A stretch of 61,675 nucleotides of DNA, counting the filler, from Nemertoderma westbladi (lineage: Eukaryota; Animalia; Xenacoelomorpha), in NCBI GenBank assembly GCA_032718475.1. It is 3 parts of 3 records of this genome, joined end to end, with 100 filler letters (N's around TTAATTAATTAA, not from the genome) between each part and the next. Parts side by side here need not be neighbours in the genome. Positions count along the whole stretch, not along the records: positions 1 to 29,491 come from JAUCBJ010003435.1; 2 more parts are not named here. One strand, 5' to 3'. The position numbers and the translations under genes are program-made. The notes under the pieces are model-generated. The model worked only from the letters and a program-made list of their open reading frames with translations, did no database searches and was not told where the DNA came from. Of this stretch, positions 14,768 to 26,531 are shown one piece after another. Position 1 is the stretch's first letter; each line of letters begins with the position of its first letter.

Positions 14768-17700
14768 GGCCCAAACTCACAAAAAGTGGCCAAAAACGTT
14801 TCCCACACGATTCGACTTAATTTTAGAATGAAATTTTTTTTGGAACCTAGTAAAGTTATATATATTTTTGAAGATAATTTTATGGTCCAACAGATGCACA
14901 AAAAATCATACTGCCACTCCGACTTTGAAAGATTTTACAGACCTTTTAGTACTAAAAAATGCAGGTTTTTCAATTGTCCAAAAAAGTTCATTGCATTGTG
15001 GGGGATGTATTTTGACATCTACTGGGTGTATTTCAACAAGTTATAGCTCATTTTAAAGCTAAATAATAGAGGAATGCAATTGAATAACTCCCAAATTGTT
15101 TTATTGATATTATATTTAAATAAAACAATAGATAATATACCCCTATTTTTGACAATTACTTGTCCCAAACGGTAACAACTGAATTCACCAATAGGTTTTT
15201 ATTTGGATTCTATAAACTAAATTCTTATTTGAAAGGAAAATCTTCAAGAAGTGGAATGTTCCAGATTTTACGAAAAAATACTAAACACAACCAGAGATAT
15301 GGCTGGTTTTATACGTGCGAGTCGATTATGTCAATTAGGATTGTCCCATGTGTAACACCAAGTGCACTGCTTTACCATGCTCTAGAATCAGTTCTAACAA
15401 ACTTGATATGAAGATTCAAATATCAGAAGATAGCCAAGTTCTTGGTCTTTTGCGTGAGTAATCATTTGTGGCAACAATTGACTATGGAATAGACTTTAGT
15501 TGCTTTTACATTTATCAGCATGAGCTTTGTCCCACCTGTAACAAAAGCCTGTAACACAAAAAATCGTTACAGGGCGGGACGTCCCACATGTAACATGTAA
15601 ATCGAATAATTTTGGGCTACAGAGTGGGACATGTCTCACCTGTAACACTTTAGTAGTGCAGACTTTATAATATTGATAAGACTGTAGGTCATGCACACAG
15701 AACAGCAGTATTAACTGTGAATTGGTACTTACCTACCTACAGTAGTACCGGTAACAGTATCAGTGCTGCCTCTTTATTGCGTTTGATTCGAAGTTATTGG
15801 ATCTACAGATCTGCGCAGTGCATAGAGTTTACTATTGACTACTAAACAAACTAATCCTAACCAGAACCAGTTATAAGACACTGATACAGACACTATGTGA
15901 CTACGGTATAGAATAGAGACCACATTTCATTACTTATTAGACATCAGCTTGCCGTTCCGGTATCAAGATACTGATAGTAAATAAAAATAGGACTAATAAT
16001 ACTGATCTGTCTTAGATGGTTAGATGCGGTCCATCTTGGGATACTAGAGCTCGCGAGGGGAGCAGTTGGAGGTGTGGGGGAAAAGGTAGAGGTGCAAGGG
16101 GAGCAGTTGGAGGTGCGAGGGGAAAAGGTAGAGGTGCAAGGGGAGCAGTTGGAGGTGTGAGGGGAAAAGGTAGAGGTGCAAGGGGAGCAGTTGGAGGTGC
16201 GAGGGGAAAAGGTAGATGTGCAAGGGGAGCAGTTGGAGGTGCGAGGGGAAAAGGTAGAGGTGCAAGGGGAGCAGTTGGAGGTGCGAGGGGAAAAGGTAGA
16301 GGTGCAAGGGGAGCAGTTGGAGGTGTGAGGGGAAAAGGTAGAGGTGCAAGTGGAGCAGTTGGAGGTGCGAGGGGAAAAGGTAGATGTGGAAGGGGAGCAG
16401 TTGGAGGAGCGAGAGGAGTAGTTAGTGCGAGAGCATTAGGTAGAGGTGCGAGTGGATAATGGGAGGATCTGTGGAGGGTGTGGGAGACAGGGTGAAAAGT
16501 ACAGGAGGATCTGTGGAGGGTGTGGGAGACAGGGTGAAAAGTACAGGAGGATCTGTGGAGGGTGTGGGAGACGGAGTGGGAAGTACAGGAGGATCTGTGG
16601 AGGGTGTGGGAGACAGAGTGGGAAGTACAGGAGGATCTGTGGATGGTGTGGGTGACGGAGTGGTAAGTACAGGAGGATCTGTGGAGGGTGTGGGAGATGG
16701 AGTGGGAAGTACAGGTGGGTCTGTTGAGGGTGTGTGAGACTGAGTGGGAGCTATGCGAGGATCTGTGGAGGGTGTGGGAGACGGAATGGGAAGTACAGGA
16801 GGATCTGTGGAGGGTGTGGGAGACAGGGTGAGAAGTACAGGAGGATCTGTGGAGGGTGTGGGAGACGGGGTGGGGAGTACAGGAGGATCTGTGGAGGGTG
16901 TGGGAGACAGGGTGAGAAGTACAGGAGGATCTGAGGAGGGTGGGGAAGATGGAGTGGAAGGTACAGGTGGATCTGTGGAGGGTGGGGATGAAAGTGATAA
17001 TGAACAATTTACAGGTTTTGAAGGAGTGGGGCGGGGGTGGGGGGGGGGGGTATGGGAAGATCCGTGGCGGCTATACAAGATAACGTTTGGAATACAGGAG
17101 AATCTATGGAGGGTGTAGATGATGGAGTGGGGAGTACAGGAGGTTCTGTGGAGGGTGGAGATGAAACTGATGAACAATTTATAGGTTTTGACTAACTGCT
17201 CAGCCATAGTGATATACAGTTATAAACTCAGTAATAAACTCGTCATACTTTGTGAATTTTCATATAAATCGTCACTAAAGTACCTAAAAGTGGTTAAAAT
17301 GTTTTAATAAACTCTTTATGTTTATTTGATAAACTATAATATTTTATAATTTTTCCAGAAATGGGGATCATAAAGATTTATTATGATTGATTTTATTTTC
17401 AAATAAGCTTTATTGGGATGTGTTACTGGGATCAGGAATGGCTGCATAGCTCCCACCTGAGACGAAATCTAGGTTAATTTAACATTTCAGTGTAATTACA
17501 ACTGGTGTTACATGGTGGGACAAATTGTTACAGGCATCGGAAATCACCATTCAAGGGCTCTGATTGGCTGATATCGGGCGTTACATTGTGGGACAAGTGT
17601 TACAGGAATGGACGTCTGTTTTTCTCAATTATTTGTTACCAGGAGGTCGGGGCTATTGGGAAATTACCATCATTGAATTCAGCGCACCAAGACCTTTCTG

Positions 17701-17785
17701 GTGATATATAATATTACATACTTTGGGAAACTTTTTTTTTTACAAAAAAAATAATTTTTTTGGCCACTTTTTGTGATTTTGAGCC
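14768..17785. mobile_element. 3-kb non-autonomous TIR DNA transposon carrying a compound minisatellite
   Basis: TIR GGCCCAAACTCACAAAAAGTGGCCAAAAA / TTTTTGGCCACTTTTTGTGATTTTGAGCC. 4-bp direct repeat ATTA on both flanks. Subterminal TGTCCCA..GTAAC motifs are inverted between the left and right parts. No transposase ORF. Confidence 0.75.
16057..17160. repeat. Compound minisatellite: two adjacent, related 42-bp arrays
   Basis: Array A (~16057-16415): ggggagcagttggaggtgcgaggggaaaaggtagaggtgcaa. Array B (~16461-17160): ggaggatctgtggagggtgtgggagacagggtgaaaagtaca. Confidence 0.95.
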
Positions 17786-18059
17786 ATTATACATTAGTGC
17801 GTACATGATATCATCAAATATAGTCTTAAGTGACTTGTCATGAATATAATATTAAATTATTACTCTAATAGCTCTACGTTCACTCAATAGGGAGGTAAAA
17901 TACAGCCAGACTATAGAGATCCAAATGATTCAACTTCACAACAATGAAACTTAAACTATATATTTCCTTACTGTCGTCTTGGTTACATTACTACGAAAAA
18001 GTTCAGATAAACCTTGATGGAATTTGTTTAACCTAATAATAAATGTGAGAATACTTAAA

Positions 18060-19336
18060 CCAAGGAATGCATGTTCACAACCACCTCGGGTGATCTTCCA
18101 CAGTAAAACCTTCCACTCTGTTTCCCAAAGGAATGCATGTTCAGTTCACCACCATGGGTGATTTTACACAGTAAGCCCTTCCAGTTTCCTAAAGGAATGC
18201 CTGTGAACCACCATGGTGATCTTCCACAGTGAACCCTTCCAATCTGTTTCCTAAAGGGATGCCTGTTCACCGCCATGGGGGACCTTAATCTGTTTCCTAA
18301 TGGAATGCCTGTTCACCGCCATGGCTGATCTTTCACAGCAAACCCTTCCGACTCTGTTTCCTAAAAGAATGTCTGTTCACCACCATGTGTGATCTTACAC
18401 AGTAAACCCTTCCCCAAAGGAATGCCTGTTCACCTCCATGGATGACCTTCCACAGTAAACTCTTCCACTATGTTTCCTAAAGGAATGTCTGGTCACCACC
18501 ATGGGTGATCTTCCACAGTAAACCCTTCCACTCTGTTTCCCAAAGGAATGCCTGTTCACCACCATGGGTGATCTTCCACAGTAAACCCTTCCACTCTGTT
18601 TCCTAAAGGAATGTCTGTTCACCGCCATGGGTGATCTTCCACAGTAAACCCTTCCAATCTGTTTCCTAAAGGAATGCCTGTTCACCACCATGTGCTGATC
18701 TTTCACAGTAAACCCTTCCCACTCTGTTTCCTAAAGGAATGTCTGTTCACCACCATGTGGGTGATCTTCCACAGTAAACCCTTCCAATCTGTTTCGTAAA
18801 GGAATGCCTGTTCACCACCATGGATGATCTTCCACAGTAAACCCTTCCACTATGTTTCCTAAAGGAATGCCTGTTCACCACCATGGGTGATCTTCCACAG
18901 TAAACCCTTCCACTCTGTTTCCTAAAGGAATGCCTGTTCACCACCATGGGTGATCTTCCACAGTAAACCCTTCCACTCTATTTCCCAAAGGAATGCCTGT
19001 TCACCACCATGGGTGATCTTCACAGTAAACCCTTCCACTATATGTTCCCAAAAGGAATGCCTGTTCACCCACCATGGGTGATCTTCCACAGTAAACCCTT
19101 CCACTCTGTTTCCCAAAGGAATGCCTGTTCACCACCATGGGTGATCTTCCACAGTAAACCCTTCCACTCTGTTTCCCAAAGGAATGCCTGTTCACCACCA
19201 TGGGTGATCTTCACAGTAAACCCTTCCACTCATATTTCCCAAAGGAATGCCTGTTCACCACCATGGGTGATCTTCCACAGTAAACCCTTCCACTCTGTTT
19301 CCCAAAGGAATGCCTGTTCACCACAATGGGTGATCT
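18060..19336. repeat. 63-bp minisatellite (~20 copies)
   Basis: Unit tcaccaccatgggtgatcttccacagtaaacccttccactctgtttcccaaaggaatgcctgt, degenerating toward 18060. Confidence 0.95.
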
Positions 19337-19465
19337 GATGGGTTTAGGCTCAGCTGCATCATTTAGAGCACTGGGATCAAACGCTGCTGCCCCATCAAAG
19401 GATCGAACCAGGGCCTCCAGATTGGAAGCCAAGGATTGTCTCCTCCACTACTAGAGCTGTTGCTA
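19337..19465 (-). mobile_element. tRNA-derived SINE-like head leading into the 63-bp array
   Basis: Minus strand reads ...TAGTGGAGG...TGGCTTCCAATCTGGAGGCCCTGGTTCGATCC: a B-box GGTTCGATCC and a TTCCAA anticodon-loop-like segment (Gly-TCC-like). No intact cloverleaf. Confidence 0.5.
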
Positions 19466-20113
19466 TACATAATCATAACCCGAAAATGAACCACAATATT
19501 AAAAAGTGGTTAGATACCTCCACTCTAATTTACCTGAAATTGGCTTGATAGTCTATTTCATGACAACGAAATGTGTGATATAGAACGTACCACAACATCA
19601 AAACCAATAAAACTTGACAAATGTGACAGCTGTTAAATACTAGGGTATTGAGTGTGATGATTCGCTTGAAGGTGCTAATCGTAATAAACAACAGGAATTC
19701 AAATTGCAATTTCGGAAATACATCTTAGGAATAGCGTGAAACATTATATGTTTTACATTTTCACATTAAATGAAAACAAATAGCAATATTTCCCTTCATG
19801 ATTATTGTGGTGCAAAAGGGACACTATATTTTTCGAAGCAATGAAATTTCATCCCATTCCAGGGAAAATGGACAGCAAATAACATCTGATTACTCCAAAA
19901 AATTACTATTACTATTATTCTTGTTCTATTGACATTCGTTTATTGCTTTAGTTAAATTGCAGAGAAATCGGAATTTTCGAGTATTTGCATAAATACATCA
20001 GTATCATTAATAAATATAAGCATTTCGGTGAAATAAATAAACACAACAATAATTAGATAATTTCGTGATTGAAAAAATTTATATTTATCCAAAATGCACA
20101 ATAATTTAAAAGG

Positions 20114-21277
20114 TTATAGTTTCGCATTCCGTGTCTCTGATTGGCTAACAATGCCACGTTTGATTAACTCATCTATTTCCGCCTTGCTATAGGAACCTAC
20201 TTGTTCTAGAATATACCTTGAATGTTCTCCGGAAACGGGTAGACTCTCGACAGCGCCATCTTGTGGTGGACTGTCACTAAGTAACGGCGCAACCACGGGA
20301 ACAGGGCTGGACCAATGGGAGGACGGGTGGAATATCCCAGAGTCCTGATTGGCTGCCTCATCCACCGTCCATACGGGCGAAACGCAGGCGTCGAGAGGCG
20401 CGAAAATCTCCGCCCATTCTGTCATTGACCTCTCGATAAAGGCGGCTGTGAACCTCCGCCGGAGTTCCGGCCAACCGGAAACGTCAAACTGAGATGGGAG
20501 GCACTCATCGTCCAACCGGAGCCCGAGTACCAGTTGGGAGTAGAACTTGGGTTCCAACGCTCCTACGGCCATGAAGCGGCCGTCCGCAGTGCGGTAGGTG
20601 TCATAGAAGGGACACCCGGTGTCTAGTAAGTTGGTACCCGGTTTGTTATTGGAGGCGCCACTAAACCCGAGATGGGACGCGGCGAATAGAAACGATGAGA
20701 CATATGCGGCCCCGTTGGCCATCCTCGTGTCAACAACCTGTCCGCGACCTGTACTGGTACGCTGGTATAAAGCCAATATAATGCCCAGAGCTGAGAGCAG
20801 CCCACCCCCTGCAAAGTCTGCCAGTAGGTTGATCGGGGCCGTTGGTTGGCTGTCCTCTCTGGCCAATAGGGAAAGCAGACCGGAGCGAGACAAATAGTTG
20901 ATATCGTGGCCGGCCTTACATGAGAGCGTGTTATCCGGTCCGTAACCTGAAAGTCTGGCGTATATGAGAGTCGGATGGGTGCCTAGTATCTCATCAGGCC
21001 CCAGACCCAGACGCTCCATAACACCGGGACGGAAAGGCTCTATAAGCACATCACTTTTAGATAATAGACGACCCAGTACGGATCGCCCCTCAGGGGACTT
21101 TATATCCAAACCTAGGGATTGTTTTCCGTTAGCCAGAACATCCTCGATCTCGAAGGCAGTTTGGGCCATTCGATCCACTCGAATGATATTAGCTCCGAAA
21201 TCCCGTAGAACTTTACCACAGAAGGGGACAGGAGCTAATCCACCTAGTTCAATTACTCGAATCCCATGAAGAGCCAT
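20114..21277 (-). CDS. AMACR: Alpha-methylacyl-CoA racemase (CaiB/BaiF CoA-transferase III family), intronless
   Basis: N-terminus MALHGIRVIELGGLAPVPFCG, then DVLIEPFRPGVMERLGLGP, catalytic AGHDINY and NLLADFAGGG, PFYDTYRTADG. C-terminal PTS1 -AKL. True ATG at 21277. Confidence 0.95.
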   Translation of the reverse strand: MALHGIRVIELGGLAPVPFCGKVLRDFGANIIRVDRMAQTAFEIEDVLANGKQSLGLDIKSPEGRSVLGRLLSKSDVLIEPFRPGVMERLGLGPDEILGTHPTLIYARLSGYGPDNTLSCKAGHDINYLSRSGLLSLLAREDSQPTAPINLLADFAGGGLLSALGIILALYQRTSTGRGQVVDTRMANGAAYVSSFLFAASHLGFSGASNNKPGTNLLDTGCPFYDTYRTADGRFMAVGALEPKFYSQLVLGLRLDDECLPSQFDVSGWPELRRRFTAAFIERSMTEWAEIFAPLDACVSPVWTVDEAANQDSGIFHPSSHWSSPVPVVAPLLSDSPPQDGAVESLPVSGEHSRYILEQVGSYSKAEIDELIKRGIVSQSETRNAKL

Positions 21278-23048
21278 TATATTGTATTGCGTATAAAATA
21301 AATAGTCCAATAGTCCTAACTCCTAACTGCCTAACGTCAGATTGTGAGATTGACAGTGCCAATTGTACTATTCTGAATGTACATCAGTACAGTAGGCAGA
21401 AGGGTACTGGAATTCCGCGACTATAGATCCTAGGCGAACTTAGATCTTGATTGAACTTGGATCCTCATCATGCTAACCTTAACATAAATCCCACCATATT
21501 CTATTAACATTCCTAAAGGCCATGTACTGGCCAGTAGTCCTTAACTGTAATATTGTTACTACTTTTTAAATTAATATATGAATTGTTTAGTTGAGCTGTT
21601 ACCACAATGCAAATTTCATCAGTTAATTAATGATATTCGAAATAAGTTCTTCAGAAATGGAAAAAATGAGAAAGTTCAACCCCCGGTGACGCGCTTTCTC
21701 ATTTTTTCCCTTTCTGAACAAATTATTACAATAATATACACATTACATACACATTTATAGTCTCCAGAAAAGTAAACAAATGAAACATCGTCAGTCTACA
21801 GTCTACAGTAGGTCATGTACAGTGTACACACAATCAGACAACCAATCAACCACGGTCGATCATTACATTACCGCTTAAAGTGTGTAGTCATTATTATTTA
21901 TGACTCAATAAATAATAGTGTCGCGGTGGGCAACATCTATGGACAATAAGGGTCTCAGGAATTCTTAGCCCGCAAAACAATAACGTTTATTGTTTTGGTT
22001 CCCCCAATACACCTCTGAAACCTGCTCCTTTACTAACCTGCTCCTTTATTAACTCGCGGGCTAAGAATACTCGCGGGATAAGAATAACCAAGGGCTAAGA
22101 ATACTCGCGGGCTTAGAATTCACCCAACCACAATAAGGCATGGAAGTAAGCAATAAGATGGAATGAAAAATAATAGGATTGGCTGCATAATAACTACTAC
22201 ATACTTTTTCAACAAAGTAAGTGGAAGACACTCAGAGTATTCTCCTCCGCTGATATTCCAGAGGTACATATAATGTACCATCACCTACTATAGATTCGAC
22301 CATGGAAGCCGTTCTACCTACTAAATTTAGTAGGTAGAATGTATGAACTGAAAAAAAAACAACAACTCAGATTTGCTTGATGCTGCAATTGCAAGAGTTA
22401 AACTTGCATAAGATTTCGTCCTGTTTGGGGCCAGCAGCCTCGGGGTCAGTTGAGTAGATAAACCTGAAATCTGTGCTATTAACTTTCGTTTAATGTTTTG
22501 GTTAGAGTAGACTTGTCCCTGTAACCTTTTCCACTGATGTTACTAACGGTAGTTGGTTGTGGATCTCAGTGTACCGCCCACACTTTTTCCCCTAATATAA
22601 CATTTATGTTACGTTTATTGTATTGTATACATTTATGGTTCGTTGTCTTCATACATAGCACAATGAACTCATATTGATCTGTGCAACCGAGTCACACCGA
22701 GTTATATGAAATCTTGTATATATTATGCGAAACATATCATCAATTGTTTTACATAAGATAGTATAATATTGTATAATAAACACACTGTCTCAGACCATCA
22801 TTGCAACTCCAAGCTTATTGTAAACATTTAGATTTGTTTGTTTATTTTAGTAAACATTTAATAACTGTTTAGTGTTTAAATGTTTATCATTGTGGTTCCT
22901 ATTCCAAATACATGGAAGTACTGTACATGTACAATACAAAGCGTATTGAATAGGTATAAATACCCTATTGAGATCTTAACTTTTATGCCTTTGTCCTCTC
23001 GCGTTAGTACTCGCCATTAAAATTTCCTTTCAAAAACGAACAAACATT

Positions 23049-23708
23049 ATGGATTTTTACTCGTCCAAGTTGGTTATATCATCCGTTCTCTGCTCTATGT
23101 TGTTACATTTCCCAACTGGCTTTTGTGTAACCTGTGAAGGTTCCAGCATGTTTAACTACACATCGAAGGATAAGGAGGTTCAGCGATTCTACCAAGACAG
23201 GGCAGAGAGCTTATTCACTCAGAATAACCACATGGAATATTGGAACGACGTAAATACGGGAGTTGTTGAAACGCAGTCCGTGTGCAAGGAGTGCGCATAC
23301 CTCGAGCTCAGATTTGCAGGGACAACAGAAAAAAACGTCAAGGTTAATTTCCAGTGGGTCAACCATTTCTGTAGAGGAAATGAAGAGGTCCCATGTGTGG
23401 AGATGGATGAAAGGGTGTGTTCGCAAGTGTGGATACATGACAATGTCGCTGTGATGTTCCCAGATATAGAACTGATACGAAACATAGAAATTAACTTGAA
23501 ATATGGTCTAACAATCACCCATGATGGCTGCCAAACGCAATGTTGCAATTCAAAGTGCCCAGGTGCTATATGGAAGTACACAGAAGTTATAACAACCACA
23601 GAGGAAGTTGCTGAAGAGGCCAGCACCACCGATGTAAGCGGATCAGTTCAAATCGGGTCTTACTGCCATGTCATTGCGTCTATCCTTATTCTTTACGGAA
23701 TGTTCTAG
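23049..23708 (+). CDS. Intronless secreted Cys-rich protein with predicted GPI anchor (possibly divergent three-finger/Ly6-like)
   Basis: 219-aa ORF with an N-terminal hydrophobic signal and a Cys-rich ectodomain ending GCQTQCCNSKC. Then a Thr/Glu/Ser-rich stalk and hydrophobic tail VIASILILYGMF. TATAAATA at 22955. Confidence 0.75.
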   Translation: MDFYSSKLVISSVLCSMLLHFPTGFCVTCEGSSMFNYTSKDKEVQRFYQDRAESLFTQNNHMEYWNDVNTGVVETQSVCKECAYLELRFAGTTEKNVKVNFQWVNHFCRGNEEVPCVEMDERVCSQVWIHDNVAVMFPDIELIRNIEINLKYGLTITHDGCQTQCCNSKCPGAIWKYTEVITTTEEVAEEASTTDVSGSVQIGSYCHVIASILILYGMF

Positions 23709-24165
23709 AACTGTTAAAGAAACAATGACACGAGTATTATTGTCGTATAGTCTGAGTTTATGATATTTATTGTGCGTTTATCTCTTAAACACATATTGGG
23801 TAACGATTGTGCATTTATCTGGGTTACGATATTTATTGTGCAATGTCTTTAGCAGAACCCTCTCAAGAAAAAGTGCCATAATATAGTGACATAGTTTTAC
23901 TGGACGGGGGGGGGGGGGGGGGGGGGGGGTGCGGTTGTCGTGGTTACCAAGGATAACAGTGATGCCTTGCATCACAAGATGTGGTTCGGTCTATTAAGTT
24001 AAAACATATTTTACTAGAAAGCAATCAGATACCGCAGTCATTTCAGGATTCTAAAATTTTGAAATAAAACGCATAAAAAGTTGTTATGTTCCTGTTTCAC
24101 CAACTAAGTTCAGTTCATTCGTGAAACAAACACCGTTCATAACAATGTAATGTGTTACATTATTA

Positions 24166-25087
24166 CACCATGTCCTGGAATATAGTATCGTTTTTCAGGT
24201 ACCTGGACCCACCCCCCCCCCCCCCCCCCCCAAATATTTCTACAAATCTTAATGAGATTGCATGGAATTTGAAACAGAGATAGTTTCACCTCCCGACCAC
24301 TGACTGGGTGAGCCAGAATTTTTATTTTCGCTTTCATTCATTAGCTACAAGCGTTTGAAAAAGGTGTCTCCGGCTATTTTTCACATGTCACAGTGCAATC
24401 ATTCTTCGACCTTATAGTGATTTGATGGTACTAATGGAAAGCTGACCACGCAAGGATTCCAAATATGTAAAAATATTTGAATTTGGTTGGGAAACACCTG
24501 AGATATGGGCGTTCGAATGTTGCATGGAATTTGCTTCCCCTGCAGGCCATTAATTATATTTAATTAATATACCATATTCTAGAACATTTTGTTTATTCAC
24601 ATACGTAGCTGGGGCAACAATGCAATACCTCTTTAATTATACTATTACGTAGCTATTCATACATAAACAAAATGTTCTAGAATATGGTATTATTAATTTA
24701 ATAGAATAAAATAGCCTCATGCAGATGCAAAACCATGCAACATTTTGAACGCTCATATCTCAGCTATTTCCCAAACAAATTCAGATTATGTTACATATTT
24801 GGAATCCTTGCATGGCCAGCTTTCCATCAGTACCATCAAATCACTATAAGGTTGAAGAATAACTGCACTGTGAACTGGTGAAATATCACCGGAGACACCT
24901 TTTTCAAACGCTTGTAGCCAAAGAATGAAAGCGAAAATAAAAATTCTGGCTCACCCAGTAAGGAGGAGGGAGGTGAAACTGATCTCTGTTTCAAATTTCA
25001 TGCAATCTCATTAAGATTTGTAGAAAAATTAGGGGGGGGGGGGGGGTCAGGTACCAGAATAACGACACTATATTCCAGGACATGGTG
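24166..25087. mobile_element. Foldback/MITE element 1 (long inverted arms, TA flanks)
   Basis: TA|CACCATGTCCTGGAATATAG ... CTATATTCCAGGACATGGTG|TA. Arms stay complementary for ~430 bp, almost to the centre. Confidence 0.88.
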
Positions 25088-25568
25088 TATATAGGGAGGT
25101 ATACTTGATACATCAACAAATATCAAGACTCAAGAGTTTAGAAAATAATTTGCGTCTTGCGTGTGGGACTTTATAGAGTTATCCAGTTTGCCGCTAGAAG
25201 GCGAAATATCTGGAAGTGACAACGTTTTCCGATATTTACTTGTTTTGTTCAGTTCAAACTGAAACTATTTACTAGAGTACTAGACCAAGGGCTGCGTCTT
25301 TGTGATGACGTAGAACTATTTGCAATTCTCCATAATAAAGAGTACATATTAATGTAGTCTGTCAAAAGTTTATTAATATTTCGAGGGTAAATTAGGTGGG
25401 GTATTCGTGTACCACGTAAGTCACTGAATATTCCTCGGGCAGTATCTCGTGCTGCGCGAAGGTCCTACCAACGCGTTCTCAGTGTATTTTACCTTTAAAC
25501 TCCAAACAAAAAGTGCTACAATTTCTACCTGTAAGATTCCCAAGGATTGTGGACCCGTAATGCTATAC

Positions 25569-25709
25569 CTGTACTCGCATTCCAAGGCGAGGAAACCCTT
25601 TCCACACTGCGTTCCCACGACTTGGGTGGATTTCTCGAAACTTTCAGCTGATCTACCCAATTGGTTAACTAATTCCTGAGTGTCCGAAACCGTTAAACTT
25701 CCGCAGAAT
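25569..25709 (-). CDS. NBAS: NBAS internal exon
   Basis: FCGSLTVSDTQELVNQLGRSAESFEKSTQVVGTQCGKGFLALECEY aligns to human RCSGALTVSSVKTLKNLLGKSCEWFEPSPQV...GFLSLECE. Acceptor tttttag, donor gtatag. Phases fit both neighbours. Confidence 0.9.
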
Positions 25710-26035
25710 CTAAAAATAATAATGGAAAGAAAGTGAAGGACAAGAGAATAGATAGAAATAGGAACCCAATAAACACTCGATTGTGTCCTCTATGTTGGTG
25801 CAGCACAGCAGCCTATGAAACTGGTTGATTTTTGTTTGAGGTAGAAAACGTCACAAACTTCTTGTTAATTTTATTATTTTATTTTTACAAGGTAATTAAT
25901 ATCTCAGCCAATAATGTGACGCGTTGGAAACTTCGCTCTGATGTACGAGGAGTGAACGAAGTGTTTTCTACAAACTCTTACATTCTACAAATGACTGAAG
26001 ACAATGGCGCTAAGTTATTCTGACTAAAATTCCGT

Positions 26036-26467
26036 CAGGTCTCGGAACGTCTGTCGCACAGGTCTCGGAACGTCTGTCGCACAGGTCTCGGAACGTCTGT
26101 CGCACAGGTCTCGGAACGTCTGTCACACAGGTCTCGGAACGTCTGTCGCACAGGTCTCGGAACGTCTGTCGCACAGGTCTCGGAACGTCTGTCGCACAGG
26201 TCTCGGAACGTCTGTCGCACAGGTCTCGGAACGTCTGTCGCACAGGTCTCGGAACGTCTGTCGCACAGGTCTCGGAACGTCTGTCGCACAGGTCTCGGAA
26301 CGTCTGTCGCACAGGTCTCGGAACGTCTGTCGCACAGGTCTCGGAACGTCTGTCGCAGAGGTCTCGGAACGTCTGTCGCACAGGTCTCGGAACGTCTGTC
26401 GCACAGGTCTCGGAACGTCTTCGCACAGGTCTCGGAACGTCTGTCGCACAGGTCTCGGAACGTCTGT
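26036..26467. repeat. 23-bp minisatellite (~19 near-perfect copies) filling half of a short NBAS intron
   Basis: Unit ggtctcggaacgtctgtcgcaca, head-to-tail with no unique spacers. Confidence 0.97.
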
Positions 26468-26531
26468 GATCTTGAATAGATTGGCGATGGATCAACCGGG
26501 TACGTGTAATTAATATAAAATAATTACTAAC

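Noticed and set aside
26036-26467. CRISPR-like appearance of the 23-, 31- and 22-bp repeats
   Set aside because: Units are head-to-tail without unique spacers, there are no cas genes, and the context is eukaryotic.
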